IMG/VR virus record: IMGVR_UViG_3300027798_000023
DNA: 64,000 bases
Source of the DNA: an uncultured virus (IMG/VR IMGVR_UViG_3300027798_000023)
Taxonomy: Duplodnaviria; Heunggongvirae; Uroviricota; Caudoviricetes
Strand: one strand, 5' to 3'
Position numbers and translations under genes: made by a program. How positions within the stretch are numbered: the stretch's first letter is position 1; every line of letters starts with the position of its first letter. Under the pieces are notes generated by a model. The model ran no database searches. It was given only the letters and a program-made list of their open reading frames with translations, and was not told the origin of the DNA. Shown here one piece after another: positions 38,033-47,672 of the stretch.

Positions 38033-38755
38033 CTAATATGTCACCATAAGTGCGCCTGTGGATGTTCTGTAGATATTCCCTGATGTAAGCCCACCGGAAA
38101 TCGCTGCGGCATTATTGGCGTAGACTGGCGGCAAAGTTGCAAATAGACCTTCAGGCGTACGCCGCCCTTGCATATTGACTACAATCACCCCCGTGTTGGT
38201 TTGGACACGAGAAACAACACCTAGTGATTGTAATTCACCAGTCGTTGGTTTAGTCCCAGTGATAGCACCTACTCCAACAAAAAGCTCTTGATGGATCGAA
38301 TATCCATTCGTGTTTGCTGATGTTAGCTCTCCAACGATTATGGCATCGCCATCGCCATTTTGTGCCAATGTTTGCGCAAGTAACCCAACTGCTGGCATTT
38401 TGTTAGTGTCGGTATGGTCGGCTGCTGCCACCTCGACGCGGTCGGTATTGCCGACATTGCCTATGATGTAAACTGGTGTTCCACGGACAAGCTGCCCGCC
38501 AGAAGTATTGCGAACATGAATATACAGACTACCTGCTATATTGCCGTGGATGTGAGGTAACGTCGATGTACCTGTAGCAGAAATAGTTGTAAACGCTCCC
38601 GAATTAGGCGTGCCGTCTCCGATTGCCGGAGGATTAGCAAAATCTTCTTCGGCAGCTGGGCCAAGCCCAGAAACGTCGGTAATTGAAATATCCAAAGCGT
38701 CTTTAACCGCTTGAGCGTTGGCGGGTATTTCAAGAGGAAGTGGGTTGTTGGCCAT
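38033..38755 (-). CDS. capsid fibre / cement-like protein
   Basis: G.PVYI......V..AD....MPAVGL module; C-terminal YANNAAAISGGL..G.IYRT. Confidence 0.65.
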   Translation of the reverse strand: MANNPLPLEIPANAQAVKDALDISITDVSGLGPAAEEDFANPPAIGDGTPNSGAFTTISATGTSTLPHIHGNIAGSLYIHVRNTSGGQLVRGTPVYIIGNVGNTDRVEVAAADHTDTNKMPAVGLLAQTLAQNGDGDAIIVGELTSANTNGYSIHQELFVGVGAITGTKPTTGELQSLGVVSRVQTNTGVIVVNMQGRRTPEGLFATLPPVYANNAAAISGGLTSGNIYRTSTGALMVTY

Positions 38756-38763
38756 TGAATAAT

Positions 38764-38925
38764 TTAGTTAAGAGTAATGAAATCTCCATTAAGGGTAATG
38801 AAGTCGCCGTTAAGAGTAATAGTCCCGCTTGGGAATGCGAGAGTCAATATCTGCCTGTAAAGCCGCGCAATAGGCCGTCTAAACCGTATGTATTGAATTT
38901 GGATTTTTCTATAAGGACGGCTCAT
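38764..38925 (-). CDS. 53-aa protein with (ITLNGDF)n tail, missed by the ORF track
   Basis: MSRPYRKIQIQYIRFRRPIARLYRQILTLAFPSGTITLNGDFITLNGDFITLN. Confidence 0.65.
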   Translation of the reverse strand: MSRPYRKIQIQYIRFRRPIARLYRQILTLAFPSGTITLNGDFITLNGDFITLN

Positions 38926-38948
38926 GTTTTGAAAATAACGACTTATTT

Positions 38949-38992
38949 AAAAAAAAGCAAGCCCCTCGTTAATGAAATTCAACGAGGGGCTT
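38949..38992 (-). terminator. intrinsic terminator after the capsid operon
   Basis: 12-bp stem AAGCCCCTCGTT/AACGAGGGGCTT followed by a U-tract on the minus strand. Confidence 0.85.
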
Positions 38993-39010
38993 ACATGTTT
39001 TGGGTTTTGA

Positions 39011-39226
39011 TTAGCCTGCGGATACGGTCAAAACACCGGAGTTAAGCCAAAGCGCACCAGCGGATGCTGGGTTAGATGTGGGAAGATTCCCTACAGCTTT
39101 TTGTAGAAGGACTCCTACAGCGATGGTTTTTGGGGTTTTGGCGTCTCCTTTTGAGATAACCAGTTTGTCGTTCGTGTTGTTGACCGTTGTGGTGGTCTGG
39201 ATAATTTTGAGATCTTCAAGTTGCAT
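39011..39226 (-). CDS. small capsid decoration/fibre protein
   Basis: Immediately after MCP; LPTSNPASAGALWLNSGVLTVSAG. Confidence 0.7.
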   Translation of the reverse strand: MQLEDLKIIQTTTTVNNTNDKLVISKGDAKTPKTIAVGVLLQKAVGNLPTSNPASAGALWLNSGVLTVSAG

Positions 39227-39256
39227 AGTGATATTCCTTTACTTTGGTTAAGGTTG

Positions 39257-39285
39257 AACGGGCGCAGGGGTTTCCTACGCCCGTT
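39257..39285. terminator. hairpin between MCP and decoration gene (attenuator or terminator)
   Basis: AACGGGCG...CGCCCGTT stem. Confidence 0.55.
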
Positions 39286-39290
39286 TTTAA

Positions 39291-40625
39291 TTATGCCGCT
39301 GGAACAACAGAAGTGCGTTTGAAAACGATAGCCGTTCCGAAACGAGTTTTGATGCGTTTTGAAGCAGCTGCCAAGACACCACGGAAGAATCCGATGGTTC
39401 CGTCTGGGTTAGTAGCCTCATTGGCAATGTTCTTCCATTTGAACTCACCAGTGTAGGACACGGGGTCGAACTTAACTGGACCTGCACCGCTAAGTGGGGA
39501 CGGAATCAAGCACTCCATCACGTCAGCGTGAAGGACATACGCGATTTCGTAATCAGCGGTATCGTAGGAATTGTTGGTGGTAAGGATGCCGTTGGTCATC
39601 GTCTCAGGATAAACGCGGGTCATTGCACCAGAGGTGATCGTTCCACGAGGGGAAAGATCATCGCACAGGTGGTAGTAACCACGGAACGAGCTATCAACAC
39701 CAAGAGGTTTGATGAGTTCGCTGACTTTACCTGCGTTCTTACGGATGTCTTCGCGGTAGCCGTCTTCTTGTTTAAGGAAGAGAGATGCTTGCGAGGAGAT
39801 GACAAGTCCGAATACTGCGGTTCCGTCTTCCATGCCGTATGCGTTGGTCTTGCCACCTTCGCGAAGGAGACGGAGACGAACACGGTCGAGGACTGCGTTG
39901 GAGATGTGGGCAGTTGGGGTGTAGTCAACATCCGATCCGCTTGAGACGAAGTCGTTGTTGAAGTCCACGTTCCAAGAGTTGACACCTTCAAAGAGCGTTC
40001 CTGCGGATACGTCGATGACTTGGAGGATTGGGGTTCCGGATGCAAGGCAAGGAACGAGGTTGGCGCAAGAAGCGTCATACTCGTCACGGTTACGCTCTTC
40101 CCAGCTGCGGCGGACTGCTTCTTTCATCAGCTCGACGATTGCGGTAAGTTGTTGCAAACCTTCAACCGAGTGGCGGAGATCCTCAACGTCGATACGTGGG
40201 GACTCAATCACTGCACGTTGCAGGTTGAACTGTTTGATGGAGCGTTGGAAGTGGAGGTATGCCTTTGCGTCCTGTGGTCCGAGGTTGGTTTCAGCAGCAC
40301 CCGTGAAGCTCTGTCCAAGGGAATTGGTGAACGCGTCGGAACCAAGAGCTACGCCGAGGTTAGTCCAAGGGAGACCGAGGGTCGATTGATCCGCACCGGA
40401 GTTAGAACCGGAGTTCGGAAGAACGCGGTCATAGATCAGGGTGGATTGTTTGTAGCCCATTCCGCCTTGGAATACGCCTTTGCGAATAAGGTCATACCAC
40501 GGGCCTGTGTGAAGGGCGTGTTTGTGGATGTCCTTGCCGATACGACCTGCCTCTTGAGTGAGCCAAGTGTCGATGTTTACTGTGCCGTCACCGCCTTGGG
40601 TGAACAGATGTGCTGTGGTACTCAT
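39291..40625 (-). CDS. major capsid protein
   Basis: 444 aa after portal and scaffold; long structured leader; followed by hairpin and decoration gene. Confidence 0.8.
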   Translation of the reverse strand: MSTTAHLFTQGGDGTVNIDTWLTQEAGRIGKDIHKHALHTGPWYDLIRKGVFQGGMGYKQSTLIYDRVLPNSGSNSGADQSTLGLPWTNLGVALGSDAFTNSLGQSFTGAAETNLGPQDAKAYLHFQRSIKQFNLQRAVIESPRIDVEDLRHSVEGLQQLTAIVELMKEAVRRSWEERNRDEYDASCANLVPCLASGTPILQVIDVSAGTLFEGVNSWNVDFNNDFVSSGSDVDYTPTAHISNAVLDRVRLRLLREGGKTNAYGMEDGTAVFGLVISSQASLFLKQEDGYREDIRKNAGKVSELIKPLGVDSSFRGYYHLCDDLSPRGTITSGAMTRVYPETMTNGILTTNNSYDTADYEIAYVLHADVMECLIPSPLSGAGPVKFDPVSYTGEFKWKNIANEATNPDGTIGFFRGVLAAASKRIKTRFGTAIVFKRTSVVPAA

Positions 40626-40800
40626 ATTATTGGTATGTTATTGGGGTTGGATTGGAGGTTGAGTTGTGCCTAATAGGCTTTCTACTCACCGAAGAGCAAA
40701 CGGTGAATTTGTGCTAGGCTAGAACCTAGACGTTGCGCTCTTTGTTTCCGATCCGACTATACATACGCTACAATGCCACGAGGGAGGCTGGGGTCGGGTC
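40626..40800 (-). ncRNA. structured 5' leader of the major capsid gene
   Basis: Several stems plus loop pseudoknot AAGAGC/GCUCUU; A/C-rich unstructured tract before ATG. Confidence 0.5.
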
Positions 40801-40908
40801 GTTGATTGATTTGAAATAATCATAAACGCTGATTCATTGCAACACTAAAATGTATTTATTTTCGCGACAAACAAATCACGAAATAAATATCGCATGTTAG
40901 TTGATTAC

Positions 40909-40985
40909 AAAAAAACCCCTGTCCAGCAAAAACTGGACAGGGGAACATGACAATGAATAAACAAAACTCCCACTCAGGAGGTGGG
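40909..40985 (-). ncRNA. candidate small RNA 1 (about 75 nt)
   Basis: Own TTGACA-17-TAAGTA promoter (41016-40988), 5' hairpin, U-rich seed, 11-bp terminator with U7. Confidence 0.6.
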
Positions 40986-41017
40986 CATACTTACAACACG
41001 CAAGTATCGCTGTCAAT

Positions 41018-41051
41018 AAAAACCCTCGATATTTTTTAGGTATCGAGGGTT
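41018..41051 (-). terminator. intrinsic terminator after scaffold gene
   Basis: CCCTCGATA/TATCGAGGG stem plus U-tract on minus strand. Confidence 0.8.
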
Positions 41052-41088
41052 AGTTTACAGGTAGCGAATCTGCGGTGTCCCCCAGCGT

Positions 41089-42291
41089 TTAGCTGAAGGC
41101 TTTTCTATAGCGATCAAGAAGACCATCGTCATCATCGCCGCTATCTGGGCTTCCCATATCTCTTCCGATACGTGGGGTTTGCTTACGGTATTTGGCAAGG
41201 TCGTCACTGAGATCTTCAACTTGACGCATCAATGACGCGTTTGATTTGATGATCTTAGGCAGAAGTTGCGCTGCGATTTGACTGTATGCTTTGTTTGGTA
41301 CGTCCAACGAGTCAAAGTTTGTCTCACGGACATTCGATACTAGATCGTCAAAATTGACTCCTTCGATTGTTTTGATGAACGGTAGTTTGGTCGTAATGTG
41401 TTTTGCCACTTTATCTACAGTCGATTTACGTTCTTCGGCTGAACGCAATACTTGCTCTTGCATGCTACGTTCTTTAGTGGCTTCAAGTTCTGCCAATGCT
41501 TTATCTGCATTTGAAAGCAGTTCAGCTTTCCTTGCTTTAAGCGGCTGGAGTTCTTTTGCCAGTGCTCGAATCTCGACGTGGTCTTCGGGATCAATATCGA
41601 GACCGCTCGTGATATTCTTAAATGCTTTACGCCGATCTGTTTCGTTTTCGATTTCAATGGCATCTGCAAGTTCATCGCGGTCAATACCATATCGGTCGGC
41701 AATCTCGTCGGAACGCTCGATAATACTAATAAGAGGTTTTTGAATCGCTTCCTTGTATGCTTCGCTTTCCTGCAAATTCGTTACAGTAATCTTAGCTTCG
41801 TAAGTTTTGATTTTTTCCTCAAGCTCGCTGGCTCTTGCTGCTGCTGCTTCAATTTCTTGCAGCTTGGCTTCAAGTTGCGAACGCGCTTGACGCTCAGATT
41901 CAAGATCCGTTTTAAGACCACTGGTCTCTTTGCGCATCTCAGCAAACCTACGATGTTGAGGAGATCCTTTATCGTATGGATTCTCTTTATCGCTTTCTTC
42001 GTCGCGTTCTTCAGGCTCTTCGTCTTCCTCATCAATGGGAAGTTTAAGCTCTGTATCGTCTTCGATAGCTTCATTAAGCTCGTGAAGCGGATCTTTATCC
42101 TCGCTTTTTTCGCTTTGTGATGACGTATCCTCAGATTCGGACTCGGACATACTGCCCTCGTTCGCTGGCATACTTCCTTGTGGTGCTTCTTCGGTTCGGA
42201 GAAACGCTTGAAAACTATCAACAAATGATTGATCGTTTTGTGGTTCGGCTGATTCTTGTTCTGACATATCTTCTGTATCTTCGGGTTTCAT
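41089..42291 (-). CDS. capsid scaffolding protein
   Basis: Acidic disordered N-terminus, long coiled coil, between portal and MCP. Confidence 0.75.
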   Translation of the reverse strand: MKPEDTEDMSEQESAEPQNDQSFVDSFQAFLRTEEAPQGSMPANEGSMSESESEDTSSQSEKSEDKDPLHELNEAIEDDTELKLPIDEEDEEPEERDEESDKENPYDKGSPQHRRFAEMRKETSGLKTDLESERQARSQLEAKLQEIEAAAARASELEEKIKTYEAKITVTNLQESEAYKEAIQKPLISIIERSDEIADRYGIDRDELADAIEIENETDRRKAFKNITSGLDIDPEDHVEIRALAKELQPLKARKAELLSNADKALAELEATKERSMQEQVLRSAEERKSTVDKVAKHITTKLPFIKTIEGVNFDDLVSNVRETNFDSLDVPNKAYSQIAAQLLPKIIKSNASLMRQVEDLSDDLAKYRKQTPRIGRDMGSPDSGDDDDGLLDRYRKAFS

Positions 42292-42605
42292 TGGTTAGTG
42301 AGATGATCCCAACCTTCTGTAGTTGGGATTTGTTCATGGATCTTGGTGAGGTTTTGCAGACGCTCGTATACGCTTGATGTTGACGCATGATACGCTGCTT
42401 TACGGATTACAATGAGATCGGGTAAAGAATCCAGTTGCTCAGGTCGCAAACGGTCTTGCTCTTGAAGAAAGTTCATTGCTGAAATAAACGCAGGCTCACG
42501 AAGAATGTTTTTCAACGTCTCTCGTGTTACTGGGTTTGTGATAAACCGTGTTAGTGGTTCTGGTGCAAGTGCGTGACGTGGTAGTGTTTCAGGTTGTTCT
42601 GACAT
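42288..42605 (-). CDS. small protein between portal and scaffold
   Basis: Operon position, ATGA overlap. Confidence 0.7.
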   Translation of the reverse strand: MSEQPETLPRHALAPEPLTRFITNPVTRETLKNILREPAFISAMNFLQEQDRLRPEQLDSLPDLIVIRKAAYHASTSSVYERLQNLTKIHEQIPTTEGWDHLTNQ

Positions 42606-42625
42606 GGTTATATGGTTTGGGTGAA

Positions 42626-44890
42626 TTAAAATGAAGGCATCGAAAGACTTTTCTGAGCCATCATTGCGCCCTTGGCATCGTTCAAAGCAAGAGCCTGTTG
42701 GGACTTAGCTTGAAGTTCGGATAGCTTGAGATTACCAATCTGAATAACCAGATCACGTTTGAACTGAGCCGTCTCTAGTTTGATCTGCTCAATCTGACGT
42801 TTTGTGTCTTCCTGACTAGCTGCGTCTTGCGGTGCGCCTTCAGGGGCTGCTGCTCCTTCGCGTTGCTGCGATCTAATCGAACGCTCAAAGTTGTCAACAA
42901 TCTGCGTAAGGTTGTTAAGCCCTTCTTTAACCATGCCGTAGACAGACCGCTGTGTTGGGTCTTTGGCAAGCGGATCAGCGTGTAGCGACAAATGGCTAAG
43001 CATTTCACGAAGACCCGGCAGGGATTGAATCGGATCAATCTCACCGCGTTCGATGCCTTCGATAGTCTGTTGTAATGGAGCAATGTGAATCTGGGCGTGA
43101 GTAGCGTGCAGCTCTTGCGGATTAACACCAATCGGATTGCCTTGCATAAGCAGAATGTTTTCCATCTCTGCCACTTTGGCTTCGACGTTGACCCTGTTAT
43201 CTTCAGGTTCAGCTGCGTAATAGCTGGCGTTTTGATAGCCAACCGTGTCTGCAACAACTTGATGGATCAGACGTTTTTGACCAATTTCATCAAGGTTTGG
43301 CAGAAGCTGGATAAGACGTCCAAGACCAACGGTTCTGAACGATGGGTTGCCCGCACCGATTGCACGCGTGGCGTAAGTGCTGTCGTGGTCGATTGCCTTA
43401 ATAGCTTCTTTCGGCACTTGGCGTTTTTCAACACGACGATAGAACTCAGCTATCAATGGATCGGATGACCTGTCGCCTTCAATAATGCGACGAACCATTT
43501 CGCGGACCAAACGATCCCATGATGCGTAAAAGAGATCGACACTTGCTGAGTCTCCGCCTGCAGCTTCTTCCATCTGGGCTTCTGACTGAAGTCTGTTTTG
43601 GTATACGTCACTCTTACTTCCGCCGCCTACGGCAAAGTGGCTTCCGCTTTCTGCCATGCGGTCTTTGACCTCGCTAAGAACAGGCATCGAGGATGTAGCC
43701 AAGTTGGGGAACGCTTTTTCGACTACCTCAACGCCCGGCGACAGGATCATAAACGGACCAAAAGACTGCATTGCAAGATCGTCCAATGCCTTTTGGCTAT
43801 TGGGTTGGATCATCAATGAGCCTGAAAGCATTGCCGAGTCAGAGAGCATACACATCAGCCTGTTGTGAAGCTGAACAAGCGGATAGAGAATATGACCCAA
43901 ACCACGGATACCGTGGAATGTGCCGTTGCCTATGCCGTAGCAAAAGAACACAAACGCTTCGTTGACCGTCTTGTATCTCGATGGCTGGGAGCAAAGGATC
44001 TTGCCGTCGCCGTCTTTCTCAAGCATGTAAAAAGAAAGAGTGCCGTCAAACTCGCGAACGATTGCACGAAGGATACGAACGTATTGATACTTGCGGTTGA
44101 ACACCGAGTCGTTGTTTTTAATCTCCCTTTGCATCGACTCATACTCACCTGTCTCGCCAGTTGACGCCCTATCGGTAGCTCGATTGATCGCTTTCTTGAC
44201 AGCTTCTACATCCCATCCGAGATCTGCTGCTTTTTCAGGGTCTTCGATCATGTCATACAATTCAGTGACTGGCATGTCCTGTTTGGAAATAGCAATTTGA
44301 ATTTTTTCTTCGGACGCAGGGGTCTGCCGTGGGATCATAAAATCACCAAAACCAGCGACCTCGTATCTCCAATCTTGAGTGTCTGGGAAATAGCCAATGC
44401 CCACACCGTGTGTCACAAACTTATCAACAAGCTGCATAAAATGACTGGCAAAAGATGGCCACTTGCGAATTGTGCGAGTAAGCTCCTCAGCGATAATCCG
44501 GTTATGGTTAAAGCGTTCAGCTTCTTCACCGTATTCGGTCTCAATAGACATCAAGGTTTTAACTGAAAAAATAATATCGTTAAACCCATTCGCAATCTTT
44601 GAAATAATCTTAGACCCTTGCAAGAAGTTGGCGTTTGCTCTTGACGATTGCTTCTGAATACGAAGTGCGCCGGGGCTATAGGGTGGTTCGCCATCCTTCA
44701 TGCCTTGAACCCGAACACGAGCAGTCGCGCTGGCTTCGTCGTCCTCAATCATCTTGTTGTAGATACCACGTATCGTACCTGCTGACGCAGCACGGTTCTT
44801 TGGTGCTTTGCCTTTTTCGTCAAGAAGAGCAAGCTCTGATCCAATTTGGTCGATCTCGTCAAGACCTGCGGGTTTTTTAATGTCGGACAT
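42626..44890 (-). CDS. portal protein
   Basis: 754 aa; size, helical pattern and position in the head module. Confidence 0.75.
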   Translation of the reverse strand: MSDIKKPAGLDEIDQIGSELALLDEKGKAPKNRAASAGTIRGIYNKMIEDDEASATARVRVQGMKDGEPPYSPGALRIQKQSSRANANFLQGSKIISKIANGFNDIIFSVKTLMSIETEYGEEAERFNHNRIIAEELTRTIRKWPSFASHFMQLVDKFVTHGVGIGYFPDTQDWRYEVAGFGDFMIPRQTPASEEKIQIAISKQDMPVTELYDMIEDPEKAADLGWDVEAVKKAINRATDRASTGETGEYESMQREIKNNDSVFNRKYQYVRILRAIVREFDGTLSFYMLEKDGDGKILCSQPSRYKTVNEAFVFFCYGIGNGTFHGIRGLGHILYPLVQLHNRLMCMLSDSAMLSGSLMIQPNSQKALDDLAMQSFGPFMILSPGVEVVEKAFPNLATSSMPVLSEVKDRMAESGSHFAVGGGSKSDVYQNRLQSEAQMEEAAGGDSASVDLFYASWDRLVREMVRRIIEGDRSSDPLIAEFYRRVEKRQVPKEAIKAIDHDSTYATRAIGAGNPSFRTVGLGRLIQLLPNLDEIGQKRLIHQVVADTVGYQNASYYAAEPEDNRVNVEAKVAEMENILLMQGNPIGVNPQELHATHAQIHIAPLQQTIEGIERGEIDPIQSLPGLREMLSHLSLHADPLAKDPTQRSVYGMVKEGLNNLTQIVDNFERSIRSQQREGAAAPEGAPQDAASQEDTKRQIEQIKLETAQFKRDLVIQIGNLKLSELQAKSQQALALNDAKGAMMAQKSLSMPSF

Positions 44891-44915
44891 GGAGGTAGTT
44901 GGTGGGTGGTTTTAG

Positions 44916-45668
44916 TTAGCCTTCGATCTGCATATTAACGGCTTCTTTGTCGAGGTCAATCGTTCTTGCTTTCTTTGGCTTTGAGTTTGCTTCAATCATT
45001 TTGGTCGGATTAAAGCCAAGGACATTGACATCCACACCTAAGCGTTGGACTCCTTCTTTGACCTTGAGGTTCATATTAAGGGCTTCTCTGGCTATATCAA
45101 TGACAAGTTTTATATCACGCCAGTTATCGAGCATTGGAGGGTCAGTGAACGCCTCTTTGAGCTGTTTAAGCGCAATAGCTGCGGACAGACTGGCAGTAAC
45201 TTCTTGAATCGTTTCTGCTTTTTGAGCGGTTTGCTCGATGTATTTAAGTTGCCTATCAACGCAAGCAAGAACGCCGCCGAATGCTGCAAGTTCTTCTGGC
45301 GAATGTGACTTTGGTGCTGGGGTGGTAAGCTCATACCCCACGTCAATAAACGTAAGCTGAACATCAGTGAGTTCACGGTAGGATTTTGGGGTGTTAAGTC
45401 GGGTATTGATTTCCCCACCTGACTTGTCGCGAACCGCATTTTTGCCGACATTCAAGCAATTATTGACCGATTCGTCGAGTTCGGCATCCGTCATGGTGCG
45501 TCGGCTTTTAACCCCTCCAACTGATACCCATGCGGTAATAGTTGCGGGTTTTATCTTTAAAAGCTCCGATAAATCAGGGATTCCTATGCCTTCGTTTGCC
45601 ACTGCATCAAGCACCGCTTTGATTATCTCTGGCGGATAGGCTGAACTTGAAGATCTTTTTGCTGGCAT
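44916..45668 (-). CDS. N-terminal HTH protein, possible terminase small subunit
   Basis: YPPEII...IPDLSELLKIKPATITAWV HTH; adjacent to TerL and portal. Confidence 0.55.
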   Translation of the reverse strand: MPAKRSSSSAYPPEIIKAVLDAVANEGIGIPDLSELLKIKPATITAWVSVGGVKSRRTMTDAELDESVNNCLNVGKNAVRDKSGGEINTRLNTPKSYRELTDVQLTFIDVGYELTTPAPKSHSPEELAAFGGVLACVDRQLKYIEQTAQKAETIQEVTASLSAAIALKQLKEAFTDPPMLDNWRDIKLVIDIAREALNMNLKVKEGVQRLGVDVNVLGFNPTKMIEANSKPKKARTIDLDKEAVNMQIEG

Positions 45669-45749
45669 CTGCGAATGAATGTGCATACATTACGCCAAGA
45701 CTGCAAGACAAAAAACGTAAATTTGTTTTAGGTCTAACTTACGTGTATT

Positions 45750-47594
45750 ATGCGAACCCCTATATCCACCAAATACGAACCCAAAGAAATCGACGGTGGA
45801 GGACAGCGCGTTGCTGGCGTTGACCTCCCTCCATGCTCAAAAGAGACTGCGTTGCTGTGGGGTTTCCGTTGGTCAGATGATCCTGATGCCAAGGAGTATT
45901 ATTTTTGGAGGGTCGCTGACATCTGGTGGAACTCCAACGGTCGTCTAAAGATGGCTAAACACCATTGGTCTGAGCTTCTTGTACGCGAATGCTGTCGCAA
46001 CAAATACCTTGCAATCGGTGGTGCAGCATCTTCGGGTAAGAGTTATGTGCTTGCCGCGTGGGCTTTGATGAGCTGGATGTGCGACCCTGCAAACACAAAA
46101 GTTCTTTTGACATCTACTCACCTTGCGGGTGCGCGTGACCGTATTTGGGGTGCTGTGTTGCAGCTTATCGACGACATCCCTGAGCCGCCTTGTCGGATTG
46201 TTGACTCTATAGGTCTGATCGCATATTTCGATGCGGCCAAACAGAAGTCGTATTCAACTTACGGACTCAAACTTGTGTCGGCTGACAAGAAACAAGGCAA
46301 GCGTAAGATCGGTAAGATGATCGGTGGTAAAGCCCCAAGGGTTATTTTGGTAGCTGACGAGCTTGGTGAGATCTCTGAGTCGGTGCAGGAAGCCGCGTCG
46401 TCCAACCTTGCAACTAACCCCCACTTCCAAATGGTGGGTCTATCCAACCCCGCGAGTAAATACGACCCGTTTGGTATCTTCTGCACGCCCAAAGGCGGGT
46501 GGGACGTTGTGGACATCATTAACGACATGGGGTGGGAGCTTCAGATCGGCGGTCGCTACGTCAGGCTCGACGCTTTGGACTCACCTAACTTCTGTTTGAG
46601 TGACGACGAAGGTGAGGGGTATCCCTATCTTCCATCGCAACGGACGATTGACGAGGCTCTTGACTCGCTTGGTGCTACTCACGAGGAGGCTGCCAAATCA
46701 TCTGGTTTCCTACGGATGTTTCGAGCGGTCTTTAACGACTCTGACAGCGGTGAAACGGTGTACTCGGTCTCTGAGATCACCAAGGCTGGGGCAGTTACCC
46801 TGCGCGAATTGACATCTACGGATACTCTTGCAGGTCTTGACCCCTCGTTCTCGTCCAATGGTGATGCCACGGTTCTCAAATTTGGTTACTTAGGCTACGA
46901 TACGCTGGGTCAACATTGTTTGAAGTTCGGTGAATCCGTCAGAATCTACGAAGACGTGACAAACAAGGTCGAACCACGCAACGTACAGATCGCCAAAAAG
47001 GTAATTGAAGAGTGTAAGAAGCGAGGGGTTAAGCCCGATAACCTGTCGGTGGACGCCACGGGTGCAGGTGGCCCGTTCTGCGACATTCTGCAGCTGATGT
47101 GGGAGAGCAACAATTTCCTGCGTGTGCAGTTTGGTGGTGCTGCCTCTGAGAAAAAAATCAAGAACGACTCCAAAGTGGTATGCAAAGACCGTTACCACAA
47201 TCGTGCAACAGAGCTGTTCTTCATCGGCAAACAGTTTCTCCTTGGCAAGCAGCTTATCGGACTGTCGTCGGACATGGTCAAGCAAATGACTTCGCGTATG
47301 TTCAAGACCCATAAGGGGGCGAAAGGACTACGTCTCCAAGTCGAACCTAAAGACGAGTATAAAGCCCGTATGGGTGAGTCTCCCGACGAAACGGACGCTT
47401 CGTTTATCCTAATCGAAAACGCACGTGAACGCCACTTTTTCATTCCGCAAGACCCTATTGCCGCAGACAAACTGGACAAGGTAGCCAATGACCCGTGGTC
47501 TCCTATCTCTTTGAGGTCGCTGAACAAAAGTAGCAGATCGTCAATTAACGACCTTGATGCTTCTGCTCTAGGGCATGAGCCTCACCTTGCTTAA
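45750..47594 (+). CDS. terL: terminase large subunit
   Basis: Walker A GAASSGKS, Walker B ILVADE, LSNP, RNase H-like GLDPSF..GD, VDATG, SPDETD. Confidence 0.9.
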   Translation: MRTPISTKYEPKEIDGGGQRVAGVDLPPCSKETALLWGFRWSDDPDAKEYYFWRVADIWWNSNGRLKMAKHHWSELLVRECCRNKYLAIGGAASSGKSYVLAAWALMSWMCDPANTKVLLTSTHLAGARDRIWGAVLQLIDDIPEPPCRIVDSIGLIAYFDAAKQKSYSTYGLKLVSADKKQGKRKIGKMIGGKAPRVILVADELGEISESVQEAASSNLATNPHFQMVGLSNPASKYDPFGIFCTPKGGWDVVDIINDMGWELQIGGRYVRLDALDSPNFCLSDDEGEGYPYLPSQRTIDEALDSLGATHEEAAKSSGFLRMFRAVFNDSDSGETVYSVSEITKAGAVTLRELTSTDTLAGLDPSFSSNGDATVLKFGYLGYDTLGQHCLKFGESVRIYEDVTNKVEPRNVQIAKKVIEECKKRGVKPDNLSVDATGAGGPFCDILQLMWESNNFLRVQFGGAASEKKIKNDSKVVCKDRYHNRATELFFIGKQFLLGKQLIGLSSDMVKQMTSRMFKTHKGAKGLRLQVEPKDEYKARMGESPDETDASFILIENARERHFFIPQDPIAADKLDKVANDPWSPISLRSLNKSSRSSINDLDASALGHEPHLA

Positions 47595-47595
47595 T

Positions 47596-47672
47596 GTCAA
47601 ACGGCTCTGGAGAATTAACCCCAGAGCCGCCGAACCATGATACACGGCGAGCTACTACTCTCACCGCAGAAC
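47596..47672 (-). ncRNA. candidate small RNA 2 (about 75 nt)
   Basis: TTGACA-16-TACTAT promoter (47706-47679), 5' hairpin, seed, 3' hairpin; G-U pairs form only on the minus strand. Confidence 0.55.

Noticed and set aside
38740..39045. Plus-strand 101-aa ORF and TTAAGAGTAAT repeats as regulatory sites
   Set aside because: The repeats are explained by the minus-strand (ITLNGDF)n micro-ORF; the plus ORF crosses a terminator.
40745..40815. HDV-like ribozyme (GCC-UCCCUCGU-GGC resembles P3/L3)
   Set aside because: No adequate P1, P1.1 or catalytic J4/2 could be built.
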